32,000 bases of DNA from Proteus phage phiP4-3: sequence record MG696114.1. The stretch is one strand, 5' to 3'. Below are positions 1 to 6,727 of the stretch, piece after piece. The notes under the pieces are model-generated. The model searched no databases. It had not been told where the DNA came from and worked only from the letters and a program-made list of their open reading frames with translations. The position numbers and the translations under genes were made by a program. The number at the start of each line of letters is the position of its first letter. Within the stretch, counting starts at the first letter, position 1.

Positions 1-1
1 A

Positions 2-832
2 GCCCCATCATCAAAAACTAATGAGCTTTTAGATAATTTTGGTGGTTTTTTGTTTAACAATTTACCTATAGATACAGATTTTCTTGGAATATCTCAAAAT
101 GATGTAACTAGTGCAGTATCAAGTCTAGTTGTTGCTGGTACTCAAAAACTAGTGAGAAAATCTGGTGTTTCTAAATATCTTTTAGGAGCCATGTCTAATC
201 GTGTGGTTCAATCATTATTAGGAGAATTTGAAGTAGGGACTTATCTATTAGATTTCTTTAATATGGCATTTCCAACATCTGGGTTAATGGTTTATTCTGT
301 CAAATTACCAGAAAACAGACTATCTTATGAGATGGATAAAAATCATAATTCACCTAATATAAAAGTTCTATCTAGAGAATATGACCCGTTGATAATTTCG
401 TTTAGGATGGATTCAGAAGCAAGTAATTATCGAGCTATGCAAGATTGGGTGAATTCAGTTGAAGACCCAATCACAGGACTACGTGCTTTACCTATAGATG
501 TTGAAGCCGATATCCAGGTTAATTTACACAATAGAAACGGACTTCCACATACTGTTGCCATGTTCACAGGGTGTGTTCCTATGTCGGTAGGTGCTCCTGA
601 ACTTTCATATGAAGATAATAATACTATTGCTGTTTTTGATGTTACATTCGCATACAGGGTGATGCAGGTAGGTTCTGTCGGTAGACAAGCAGCTCTTGAT
701 TGGTTAGAATCAAAAGCAATTGGCGCCATAGATACAATTTCAGAAGAAAACTCTTTAAGCTCTTCATTAAGAAATTTAACAAGATTAGGTGGTGCTGGAG
801 GAGGAATAGGAGCTGTAACAAGATTAATTTGA
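2..832 (+). CDS. 54: Baseplate tail-tube initiator, gp54-like, 5' truncated by the window edge
   Basis: The frame is open from base 2 (APSSKTNELLDNFGGFLFNNLPIDTDFLG...); the track start at 50 is only a TTG. Strong T4 gp54 resemblance: AGTQKLVRKSGVSKYLLGAMSNRVVQSLLG, KLPENRLSYE, FRMDSEASNYRAMQDWVNSVEDPITGLRALPIDVEADIQVNLHNRNGLPHT. Confidence 0.93.
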   Translation, partial: APSSKTNELLDNFGGFLFNNLPIDTDFLGISQNDVTSAVSSLVVAGTQKLVRKSGVSKYLLGAMSNRVVQSLLGEFEVGTYLLDFFNMAFPTSGLMVYSVKLPENRLSYEMDKNHNSPNIKVLSREYDPLIISFRMDSEASNYRAMQDWVNSVEDPITGLRALPIDVEADIQVNLHNRNGLPHTVAMFTGCVPMSVGAPELSYEDNNTIAVFDVTFAYRVMQVGSVGRQAALDWLESKAIGAIDTISEENSLSSSLRNLTRLGGAGGGIGAVTRLI

Positions 833-859
833 AAAATGGGACCACAAGGTCCCATTTTT
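832..859. terminator. Bidirectional intrinsic terminator between convergent genes
   Basis: Perfect 12-bp inverted repeat AAAAATGGGACC-ACAA-GGTCCCATTTTT, with an A-run on one side and a T-run on the other, between the gene 54 stop (832) and the stop of the - strand ORF (863). Confidence 0.85.
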
Positions 860-862
860 GTT

Positions 863-1219
863 TTATAACTTTTCAATATTAACAGATGCAAACCATGTTT
901 TATAATCTGGGTTTAAGCCACCGTATGTATTAAAATTTGTTAAACAAACAACAATTTTTAATTTTCCTGTCACAAATATTGCCATGCAATTGTCATAATA
1001 TGATTGTAATTCAAAATGTTGTTTTAACTCATTAACAAGATCACTAAATTTTTGTGTTTCTGGTGAAGTCACCATACATGCACCAGTAGAAATTAAATGA
1101 AAACCTTTAACCATAGAGTTTCCTCTGCGGTATGTTTTACCATTAGAATAACGTAAATTACCATAACCTAAAGTTTTTAAAACTGCATTGATTTGTGTCT
1201 TATTCATAATATACTCCAT
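863..1219 (-). CDS. Hypothetical protein, 118 aa (alternative start MNKTQ at 1207)
   Basis: Intact ORF between a terminator and an AT-rich divergent promoter region. Confidence 0.7.
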   Translation of the reverse strand: MEYIMNKTQINAVLKTLGYGNLRYSNGKTYRRGNSMVKGFHLISTGACMVTSPETQKFSDLVNELKQHFELQSYYDNCMAIFVTGKLKIVVCLTNFNTYGGLNPDYKTWFASVNIEKL

Positions 1220-1249
1220 TTGTTTTTCATGTTTCGTTTCAATATGTAT

Positions 1250-1277
1250 ATAATATCATAATGACAGCAAAAGTAAA
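1250..1277 (-). promoter_or_regulatory. Putative early/sigma70-type promoter for the 863-1219 ORF
   Basis: On the - strand, GTTTACTTTTGCTGTCATTATGATATTATA: TTTACT (1277-1272), 16-nt spacer, TATTAT (1255-1250). Resembles the GTTTAC-type early promoters of T4. Confidence 0.5.
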
Positions 1278-1302
1278 CATTTATTTTAAATTATTTTAGA
1301 TG

Positions 1303-1331
1303 TTTACAAACACTATTTTATAATATAGTAT
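1303..1331 (+). promoter_or_regulatory. Putative early/sigma70-type promoter for the + strand accessory block
   Basis: TTTACA (1303-1308), 17-nt spacer, TATAGT (1326-1331), about 33 nt upstream of the ATG at 1364. Confidence 0.5.
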
Positions 1332-1363
1332 ACACATCATCAATTCGCAACTGTGAGAATAAT

Positions 1364-1606
1364 ATGAATTTATCTGATCTTAAAAATACTGTTGTTGAAC
1401 ACAATTTAGCTATTGTGTTAAATGATATTTGCCAACTGGCTTTGCATGATAGTACAGAGCATTACGCAAAGCTTCCAGAAAATGAAGCCATTAAAGATGC
1501 GTTGATTGAAATTCTTAAAGAAAAAGGATTTACAGTTTCAAAAAGCCATGATAGAGTAATATATCATGATCGTGTTAAAATCACATGGGACTATTCAAAA
1601 TGTTAA
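1364..1606 (+). CDS. Hypothetical protein, 80 aa
   Basis: ORF with ATG start; its stop overlaps the next ORF start (ATGTTAA). Confidence 0.7.
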   Translation: MNLSDLKNTVVEHNLAIVLNDICQLALHDSTEHYAKLPENEAIKDALIEILKEKGFTVSKSHDRVIYHDRVKITWDYSKC

Positions 1607-2433
1607 TTAAAAACCCAGCTAGTGTTATTGAAGCTTTTTCTTCATCTATGGATTCTACTTCTTTAGCTTCTAAAGAAAGATATAATGCATTAATGACTGA
1701 TTTCCAATATCTAGTCATTCAAAAATACGAAAACCCAGTAGGGTGGAATGATTCTGATTACCTTTTAATGTTTTTGTCTAAAACCCAAGATGTGATTGAT
1801 GTTGACCCACAATTTTTCTGTTATAATCATAATTTTAAAGTTCTTTATATTTGGACTGATTTTGATAAAGCTGAAGATTCTATCATTAAGAAATTAGCTG
1901 AATCAAATATCGGCACTATTACTGAAACTGCATTGCTTCCTAAATATGAATTACCAGTTTTAACTTTAAAAGAATTTATTGAGAAAGAACTAACAGAAGA
2001 TAAGTTAGTAACTGGGTATCAATATAAAAATCTGTTTATTAATGCTTTAAGCGAATTGGCTGAGATTAGTGAATATGATGTTAGTGATAATATTAGCGAT
2101 GATTGTGAGAATTCTGATATTAAGTTTTATTTAATTAGGCATGATGCTGATAGTTCATATAAATGGGGCCATATTGAATATGCTATCGTTTATGATGGAT
2201 TATTATGTGGACGATTAACATGTTCTGAAAAATGGCTTGATACGTATACAATTGAATTATTTGATATTTCTACCGATGACTATAAAAGTGATCCAGTAAA
2301 ATACGTTAAAGAAGAGTTTTTAAAATATTACACTCCTGAAGTTGAACAGGAAAATATTATTAGTATCGATAATTCTACAAACATGCTAAACATATTTACA
2401 CCAGATTCTTATTATGACAAGGAATACTCATGA
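1600..2433 (+). CDS. Hypothetical protein, about 277 aa
   Basis: Long ORF. The track start at 1585 is upstream; ATG at 1600 (MLIKNPASVIEAF...) overlaps the previous stop and is the more likely start. Confidence 0.75.
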   Translation: MLIKNPASVIEAFSSSMDSTSLASKERYNALMTDFQYLVIQKYENPVGWNDSDYLLMFLSKTQDVIDVDPQFFCYNHNFKVLYIWTDFDKAEDSIIKKLAESNIGTITETALLPKYELPVLTLKEFIEKELTEDKLVTGYQYKNLFINALSELAEISEYDVSDNISDDCENSDIKFYLIRHDADSSYKWGHIEYAIVYDGLLCGRLTCSEKWLDTYTIELFDISTDDYKSDPVKYVKEEFLKYYTPEVEQENIISIDNSTNMLNIFTPDSYYDKEYS

Positions 2434-2624
2434 AATATATAGTATGGTGCGAAGAAAAGAAAATTGGATTTGAAACAGTTGATTATCAACTTGCTTATGA
2501 AGTTCGTAAAGGTGCTATTGATAATCTTGGGTTTTGGATAGACACTGATTCATATGCATCGGCTTATTCTTTTTGTGAACTGTGTAGTTGTTTATATGAT
2601 TGTGAACTCATTGAGGTAAAATAA
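2430..2624 (+). CDS. Small hypothetical protein, 64 aa, paralog of the next ORF
   Basis: MKYIVWCEEKKIGFETVDYQLAYEVRKG...; ATG overlaps the previous stop. Confidence 0.7.
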   Translation: MKYIVWCEEKKIGFETVDYQLAYEVRKGAIDNLGFWIDTDSYASAYSFCELCSCLYDCELIEVK

Positions 2625-2822
2625 ATGAAAAAGTATATAGTATGGTGCGAAGATCTTGAACTTGGATTCACTACATCTAATTATCAATTAGCCTTAGACA
2701 TCAAAAATAATAATACTGAATGTATTATTGATGAATCAGAATACCCAGGTATTGCTGCAATGGCTTTTGACTTTTGTGATTTGACAGAAGATACTGAACT
2801 CACTATTATTGAGGTAAAATAA
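2625..2822 (+). CDS. Small hypothetical protein, 65 aa, paralog of the previous ORF
   Basis: MKKYIVWCEDLELGFTTSNYQLALDIKNN...; shares KYIVWCE-x(4)-GF-x-T-x(2)-YQLA, FCxL/FCDL and an I-E-V-K C-terminus with the 2430-2624 product. Confidence 0.7.
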   Translation: MKKYIVWCEDLELGFTTSNYQLALDIKNNNTECIIDESEYPGIAAMAFDFCDLTEDTELTIIEVK

Positions 2823-3245
2823 ATGACTATTCAAAAATATGTATATACTGTTCATGTAGATAAAAAGAAAGGCGAAGCTATTGAAGTTACTTCATGGTTT
2901 ACAGGATTACCACCTAGTTATAAAGCTTTATTTAATGATGGTCGTCCGGATTGGAGTTATGCGGTATATTTAACTCTTCGCGAAGACCACCCTTTATTTG
3001 ATAAAGACTGTGATTTTTGGCACGAATATTGTCATTGTGGATGTACTTATTTTGAGACTAAAGAAGTTACATCATCAAACACTTGGGGTTCTAATATATC
3101 AGAATTTGATAGTGAGCAAAAATATAAAGTCCGTGTAATTGGCATGGATTTTAGTCATATTGACGATAACATTCGCCAGCATCCATCAGAAGGTATCCCT
3201 TTTGAAATTAAGCATGCTATAGAAGTTTTAAAAGAAGCTTTATGA
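2823..3245 (+). CDS. Hypothetical protein, 140 aa
   Basis: Intact ORF immediately after the paralog pair; overlaps the start of the next ORF. Confidence 0.75.
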   Translation: MTIQKYVYTVHVDKKKGEAIEVTSWFTGLPPSYKALFNDGRPDWSYAVYLTLREDHPLFDKDCDFWHEYCHCGCTYFETKEVTSSNTWGSNISEFDSEQKYKVRVIGMDFSHIDDNIRQHPSEGIPFEIKHAIEVLKEAL

Positions 3246-3676
3246 AAATAGTATCTGGAAATATTCTTGATATTCCTTGTGATGCTATTTGCATTACAAC
3301 AAACATGAATATCAAGAAAAATAAAAGAGCTGTTATGGGAGCCGGAATTGCCCGTCTCTTTTCGTTGAAGGTTCCTAATTTAGACTTAATCATGGCTAAA
3401 TCCTTAATCCAATACGGCCATGTGTGCAGAATTCTGACGAAATATAATAACATTAATTTAATATCATTTCCTACTAAACATGATTGGTATAATAAGTCTG
3501 ATAAAGACTTGATACGTAAGAGTGCATTAGAATTAATGGAGATAGTATATAATAACAATTTTAAAAGAGTCCTCCTGCCTAAACCAGGGTGTTCTAATGG
3601 TGGTTTAAATTGGGATGTCATTGGTCCTATGCTTAATGATATTTTAGATGATAGAATACACATTATTGAGAGGTGA
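3242..3676 (+). CDS. Macro-domain-like (ADP-ribose-binding type) protein, 144 aa
   Basis: Macro-type pattern: N-terminal V-x-G-N-I/L (KIVSGNILDIPCDAICI), VMGAGIARLF, ISFPTKHDW and KPGCSNGGLNWDVIGPML. Confidence 0.75.
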   Translation: MKIVSGNILDIPCDAICITTNMNIKKNKRAVMGAGIARLFSLKVPNLDLIMAKSLIQYGHVCRILTKYNNINLISFPTKHDWYNKSDKDLIRKSALELMEIVYNNNFKRVLLPKPGCSNGGLNWDVIGPMLNDILDDRIHIIER

Positions 3677-3678
3677 TT

Positions 3679-3852
3679 ATGAACAAAGAACTTAAGTCTA
3701 TGGTTTCTCAAGTTGCTCATGAAATACATTCTGAGTATCTATGTTTTTTATTTGATGAGTACCCAGAATCGGTAACAGAATTTGTTGAAGAGTTAAATAA
3801 AAAACTTATTAGCATCTGTAAAGACTTTGAAGAAAATAATGACAAATCATGA
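3679..3852 (+). CDS. Small hypothetical protein, 57 aa, below the track length cutoff
   Basis: ATG at 3679 just after the macro gene stop; translates as MNKELKSMVSQVAHEIHSEYLCFLFDEYPESVTEFVEELNKKLISICKDFEENNDKS*. Confidence 0.6.
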   Translation: MNKELKSMVSQVAHEIHSEYLCFLFDEYPESVTEFVEELNKKLISICKDFEENNDKS

Positions 3853-4030
3853 TAAAATCAAAATCCATTTTCTTAGAGAACAAGGTATGCACTTTGTTGA
3901 TATAGCTAGAAAAATGGGTGGAACAGCTAAAGAAATGGCTTCTGTTTATATTGAAGTTGAACAAAAACAGAAAGAATTTAAAACTCGCGAAAAAGTAGTC
4001 TATCGTAAACGAATGAAGGTAAGAAAATGA
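3839..4030 (+). CDS. Small basic protein with a possible helix-turn-helix, 63 aa
   Basis: Track start 3827 is a TTG; ATG at 3839 gives MTNHDKIKIHFLREQGMHFVDIARKMGGTAKEMASVYIEVEQ..., an HTH-like pattern followed by a basic tail. Confidence 0.55.
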   Translation: MTNHDKIKIHFLREQGMHFVDIARKMGGTAKEMASVYIEVEQKQKEFKTREKVVYRKRMKVRK

Positions 4031-4311
4031 TTAAAGAAAATTTTAAAACATGGCTGAATATTGATATTGAAAACCTTTTAAAATATAGCCGTAAAACTAA
4101 ATGGATGGGTTCTGGTGAATTCGCATGGGTTATTTTAGGCCGATATAAAAATAGCATCCCATCTTTACGCAAGTCTTTTGAAGAATATCAAGACTGGTTA
4201 CGTTCTAATAAAAATTCAATTTTGGTTCTTTACATTGGTGAATCAACTCAGTTAGAAGTTAAATTTACTCGTGGCGGTGAATATAAATTCCGAATTGTTC
4301 CAGTCAAATAA
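4027..4311 (+). CDS. Hypothetical protein, 94 aa
   Basis: ORF with ATG overlapping the previous stop. Confidence 0.7.
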   Translation: MIKENFKTWLNIDIENLLKYSRKTKWMGSGEFAWVILGRYKNSIPSLRKSFEEYQDWLRSNKNSILVLYIGESTQLEVKFTRGGEYKFRIVPVK

Positions 4312-4320
4312 GGAATTATT

Positions 4321-4656
4321 ATGTCTTGGTATACTGCTGGCGTTATTCCTTTAGAAGAAAAACGTAAAGTGTTTTTTACTCGTTGGTGCGATAAAGAAAC
4401 ATATACTCACAAACTTGCTGTTATGGGTCCTGCTATTTGCTGTGAGACGGATTGGTTAGATTTAGAGGATTTTTTAAATAAATCATTCTCACGGGCTTGT
4501 TATTCGGATTTAGAATTTCTAAATGTTATTAATGATGATAACATAAAATGGTGTGAAGAAAATCTAAATAAAATCCTAGTTGTTTATAGTGGTAAAGTTT
4601 ATAATTTAGAAATTAAACACACAACTAGTCTTAAAATCAGATTGTTTGAGGTATAA
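4321..4656 (+). CDS. Hypothetical protein, 111 aa, possible distant paralog of 4027-4311
   Basis: C-terminal WCEENLNKILVVYSGKVYNLEIKHTTSLKIRLFEV parallels WLRSNKNSILVLYIGESTQLEVKFTRGGEYKFRIVPV of the upstream ORF. Confidence 0.7.
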   Translation: MSWYTAGVIPLEEKRKVFFTRWCDKETYTHKLAVMGPAICCETDWLDLEDFLNKSFSRACYSDLEFLNVINDDNIKWCEENLNKILVVYSGKVYNLEIKHTTSLKIRLFEV

Positions 4657-5661
4657 ATGCAATTTATTAAATATGATTCTATTGAAAATATTGATAACAC
4701 TAAATTAGTAGAAAAGGCCTTTTTTGAAGGAAAAACAGCACCAGGTATTCCTTGGATTGCCCAAGAAAAAATACATGGGACTAATTTTAGTTTTATTTGT
4801 GATGGTGTAGATGTTGTTTGTGCAAAACGAACTAATCTTATTGGTGAATCTGAAGCATTTTTTGGATACGAATTAATCTTAAAGCGTTATAAACAAAACA
4901 TTCTTGACATGTTTAATACTGTTAAAGAATCAATGCCTGACTTAGAACTTTTAACAGTCTTTGGCGAATATGCAGGCCCTGGTATTCAACGAGAAGTAGA
5001 TTACGAAGAAAAAGATTTCTGGGTATTTGATATTTTAATTAATGGTGATTTAGTAGATGCTTTATTTTTAAGAATGTTATCTTCTAAAACAAATCTTAAA
5101 ATCTGCCCTGTTATTTTAACTGGTGACTTTGATGAATTAAGTAATTTAGAGCGTTCATTTGATTCTTTAATCCCAGAATTTAATGCAATAGTAAAAGAAC
5201 ATGGTATTCCGGCTGCAAATGCCCACGTATTTGGTCCTCAAAAAGAAGGTTCAGAAAATATTGCAGAAGGTTATGTTCTTAAACCTATTACTCCAACACA
5301 GTTCAATAATAAAAGCCGTGTAATTTTTAAATGTAAAAATGCTAAGTTCAAAGAAACTGGTAAAGTAAAAACAATTAGACCTACACCAGAATTATCAAAT
5401 GACGACCAAGAACTGGTTAATTTTTCTACATCATATATCACTGCACAACGTTTATCTAATGTGATTAGCCATGTTGGCGAAATATCTTCAAAAGATTTTG
5501 GCAAAGTTCAAGGTCTAATGATGCAGGATGTTTTAAAAGATATGTTAAAAGCCGGGCATGATATTCTTGATTACGATGACCCAGCATTAATCAAGAAATC
5601 TATTCAAAAAGAAATACAAGAATTCATTCGAAAAGATTGGGTCAATTTAATTACAAAATAG
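4657..5661 (+). CDS. rnlB: RNA ligase 2 (T4 Rnl2 family), 334 aa
   Basis: Nucleotidyltransferase motif I EKIHGTNFSFI plus CAKRTN, FFGYELILKRY, FGEYAGPGIQREVDYEEKDFWVFDIL and EGYVLKP, all T4 Rnl2-like. Confidence 0.93.
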   Translation: MQFIKYDSIENIDNTKLVEKAFFEGKTAPGIPWIAQEKIHGTNFSFICDGVDVVCAKRTNLIGESEAFFGYELILKRYKQNILDMFNTVKESMPDLELLTVFGEYAGPGIQREVDYEEKDFWVFDILINGDLVDALFLRMLSSKTNLKICPVILTGDFDELSNLERSFDSLIPEFNAIVKEHGIPAANAHVFGPQKEGSENIAEGYVLKPITPTQFNNKSRVIFKCKNAKFKETGKVKTIRPTPELSNDDQELVNFSTSYITAQRLSNVISHVGEISSKDFGKVQGLMMQDVLKDMLKAGHDILDYDDPALIKKSIQKEIQEFIRKDWVNLITK

Positions 5662-5668
5662 GTTTATT

Positions 5669-5914
5669 ATGTTTATTGATAAATTAAAAGATTCTAAAGA
5701 TAGCTTAGTTGAGCTTGAATCTAAACAGGTGTTTAATGATATTGCAAAGCGATTAATGCTTAAATCTAAACATGGGTATGATAGTTTAACTTGGACTCTA
5801 GGTGAAATCTCATACCGAGTCCAAGAGAAAGTTATTACAAAATTACAAAACGAAGGGTTAACTGTTAAAAGAACCCAATTTGATTCTAATATAATACAAA
5901 TAACAGGTTGGTAA
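5669..5914 (+). CDS. Hypothetical protein, 81 aa
   Basis: Intact ORF directly downstream of rnlB. Confidence 0.65.
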   Translation: MFIDKLKDSKDSLVELESKQVFNDIAKRLMLKSKHGYDSLTWTLGEISYRVQEKVITKLQNEGLTVKRTQFDSNIIQITGW

Positions 5915-5915
5915 T

Positions 5916-6071
5916 ATGAAAATTGGATTTTTGGGTGTACTAGGTATTGTGTTTATTGTTTTAAAACTAGTTGGTGTCATTGCTTGGTCTTGGCTATGGG
6001 TGTTATCACCATTATGGATTGGGTTTGTGTTATGGTTTATTATTGTGGGTTTAATTTTAGCTTTACAATAA
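5916..6071 (+). CDS. Small predicted membrane protein, 51 aa, below the track cutoff
   Basis: Translates as MKIGFLGVLGIVFIVLKLVGVIAWSWLWVLSPLWIGFVLWFIIVGLILALQ*; two hydrophobic segments and a W-rich WSWLWVLSPLWI core often seen in small phage membrane ORFs. Confidence 0.75.
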   Translation: MKIGFLGVLGIVFIVLKLVGVIAWSWLWVLSPLWIGFVLWFIIVGLILALQ

Positions 6072-6074
6072 ATT

Positions 6075-6096
6075 AAAGGACCTTCGGGTCCTTTTT
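6075..6096 (+). terminator. Intrinsic terminator after the rnlB/membrane ORF cluster
   Basis: AAAGGACC-TTCG-GGTCCTTT followed by TT; 8-bp stem, UUCG tetraloop. Confidence 0.8.
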
Positions 6097-6105
6097 GAGG
6101 TTAGC

Positions 6106-6669
6106 ATGGTTAAAAATTCTGTAGCTTTAATAGGGTCAAGAAAAATACCAAGTCGTTTATCTAATATTTTAATAAGTGGTGGAGAATATATTTCTAATTT
6201 AGGAGTGCTAGGAACATCAGGAGGAGCGCCTGGGAGTGATTATTTGTTTATGAAGAAATACTCATCTGAAAATAAATGTGTTATTATTCCTCACCAGGGG
6301 TTCAATAATCACTATTCTGGGAATGGTGTTCATATATTTACAGACTTTAATGACGAAATCCAAGAAAAAGCCGCTAATATTATAAGAAGATTTTATCCTA
6401 AATTAGACAGTGTTTCTAAAACTGTTAAACATCTTCAATGTAGAAATTGTATGCAAATATTAACACCTACTTTAGAAAATCCTGTTGATTCAGTTATATT
6501 TTGGGCACCTGAGGATAAATATGGGAATGTTTCTGGAGGGACAAGAACAGCTGTTTATCTAGCACGTTATTTAGGGATAAAGACTTATAATTTATATAAC
6601 CCAATAGTGATGTGCGAATTCAAAGAAATGATAGGATATAAAGAGTTTACATTAGATGATTTTTTCTAA
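6106..6669 (+). CDS. SLOG/DprA-like Rossmann-fold protein, 187 aa
   Basis: N-terminal ALIGSRK, SGGAPGSD near LGVLGT, C-terminal GGTRTAVYLARYLGIKTYNL; typical SLOG/DprA arrangement. A C-x2-C pair (QCRNC) lies in the middle. Confidence 0.7.
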   Translation: MVKNSVALIGSRKIPSRLSNILISGGEYISNLGVLGTSGGAPGSDYLFMKKYSSENKCVIIPHQGFNNHYSGNGVHIFTDFNDEIQEKAANIIRRFYPKLDSVSKTVKHLQCRNCMQILTPTLENPVDSVIFWAPEDKYGNVSGGTRTAVYLARYLGIKTYNLYNPIVMCEFKEMIGYKEFTLDDFF

Positions 6670-6670
6670 T

Positions 6671-6699
6671 AAAAAAGGGAACCGAAGTTCCCAAAAAAA
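6671..6699 (-). terminator. Intrinsic terminator after gene 24
   Basis: - strand GGGAAC-TTCG-GTTCCC-TTTTTT (stem arms 677-682 and 687-692, + strand A-run at 671-676). Confidence 0.85.
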
Positions 6700-6727
6700 G
6701 GTAATAAATTACCGGAAATTAAATAAA

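Noticed and set aside
642-882. Small overlapping ORFs at 642-845 (-) and 700-882 (+)
   Set aside because: They overlap gene 54 and its terminator hairpin and look like chance ORFs.
427-891. 154-aa ORF antisense to gene 54
   Set aside because: Lies opposite a strongly conserved gene, low-complexity proline/leucine-rich translation; a shadow ORF.
3217-3729. 170-aa - strand ORF over the macro gene
   Set aside because: Fully antisense to the macro-domain ORF, which has recognisable motifs; judged a shadow ORF.
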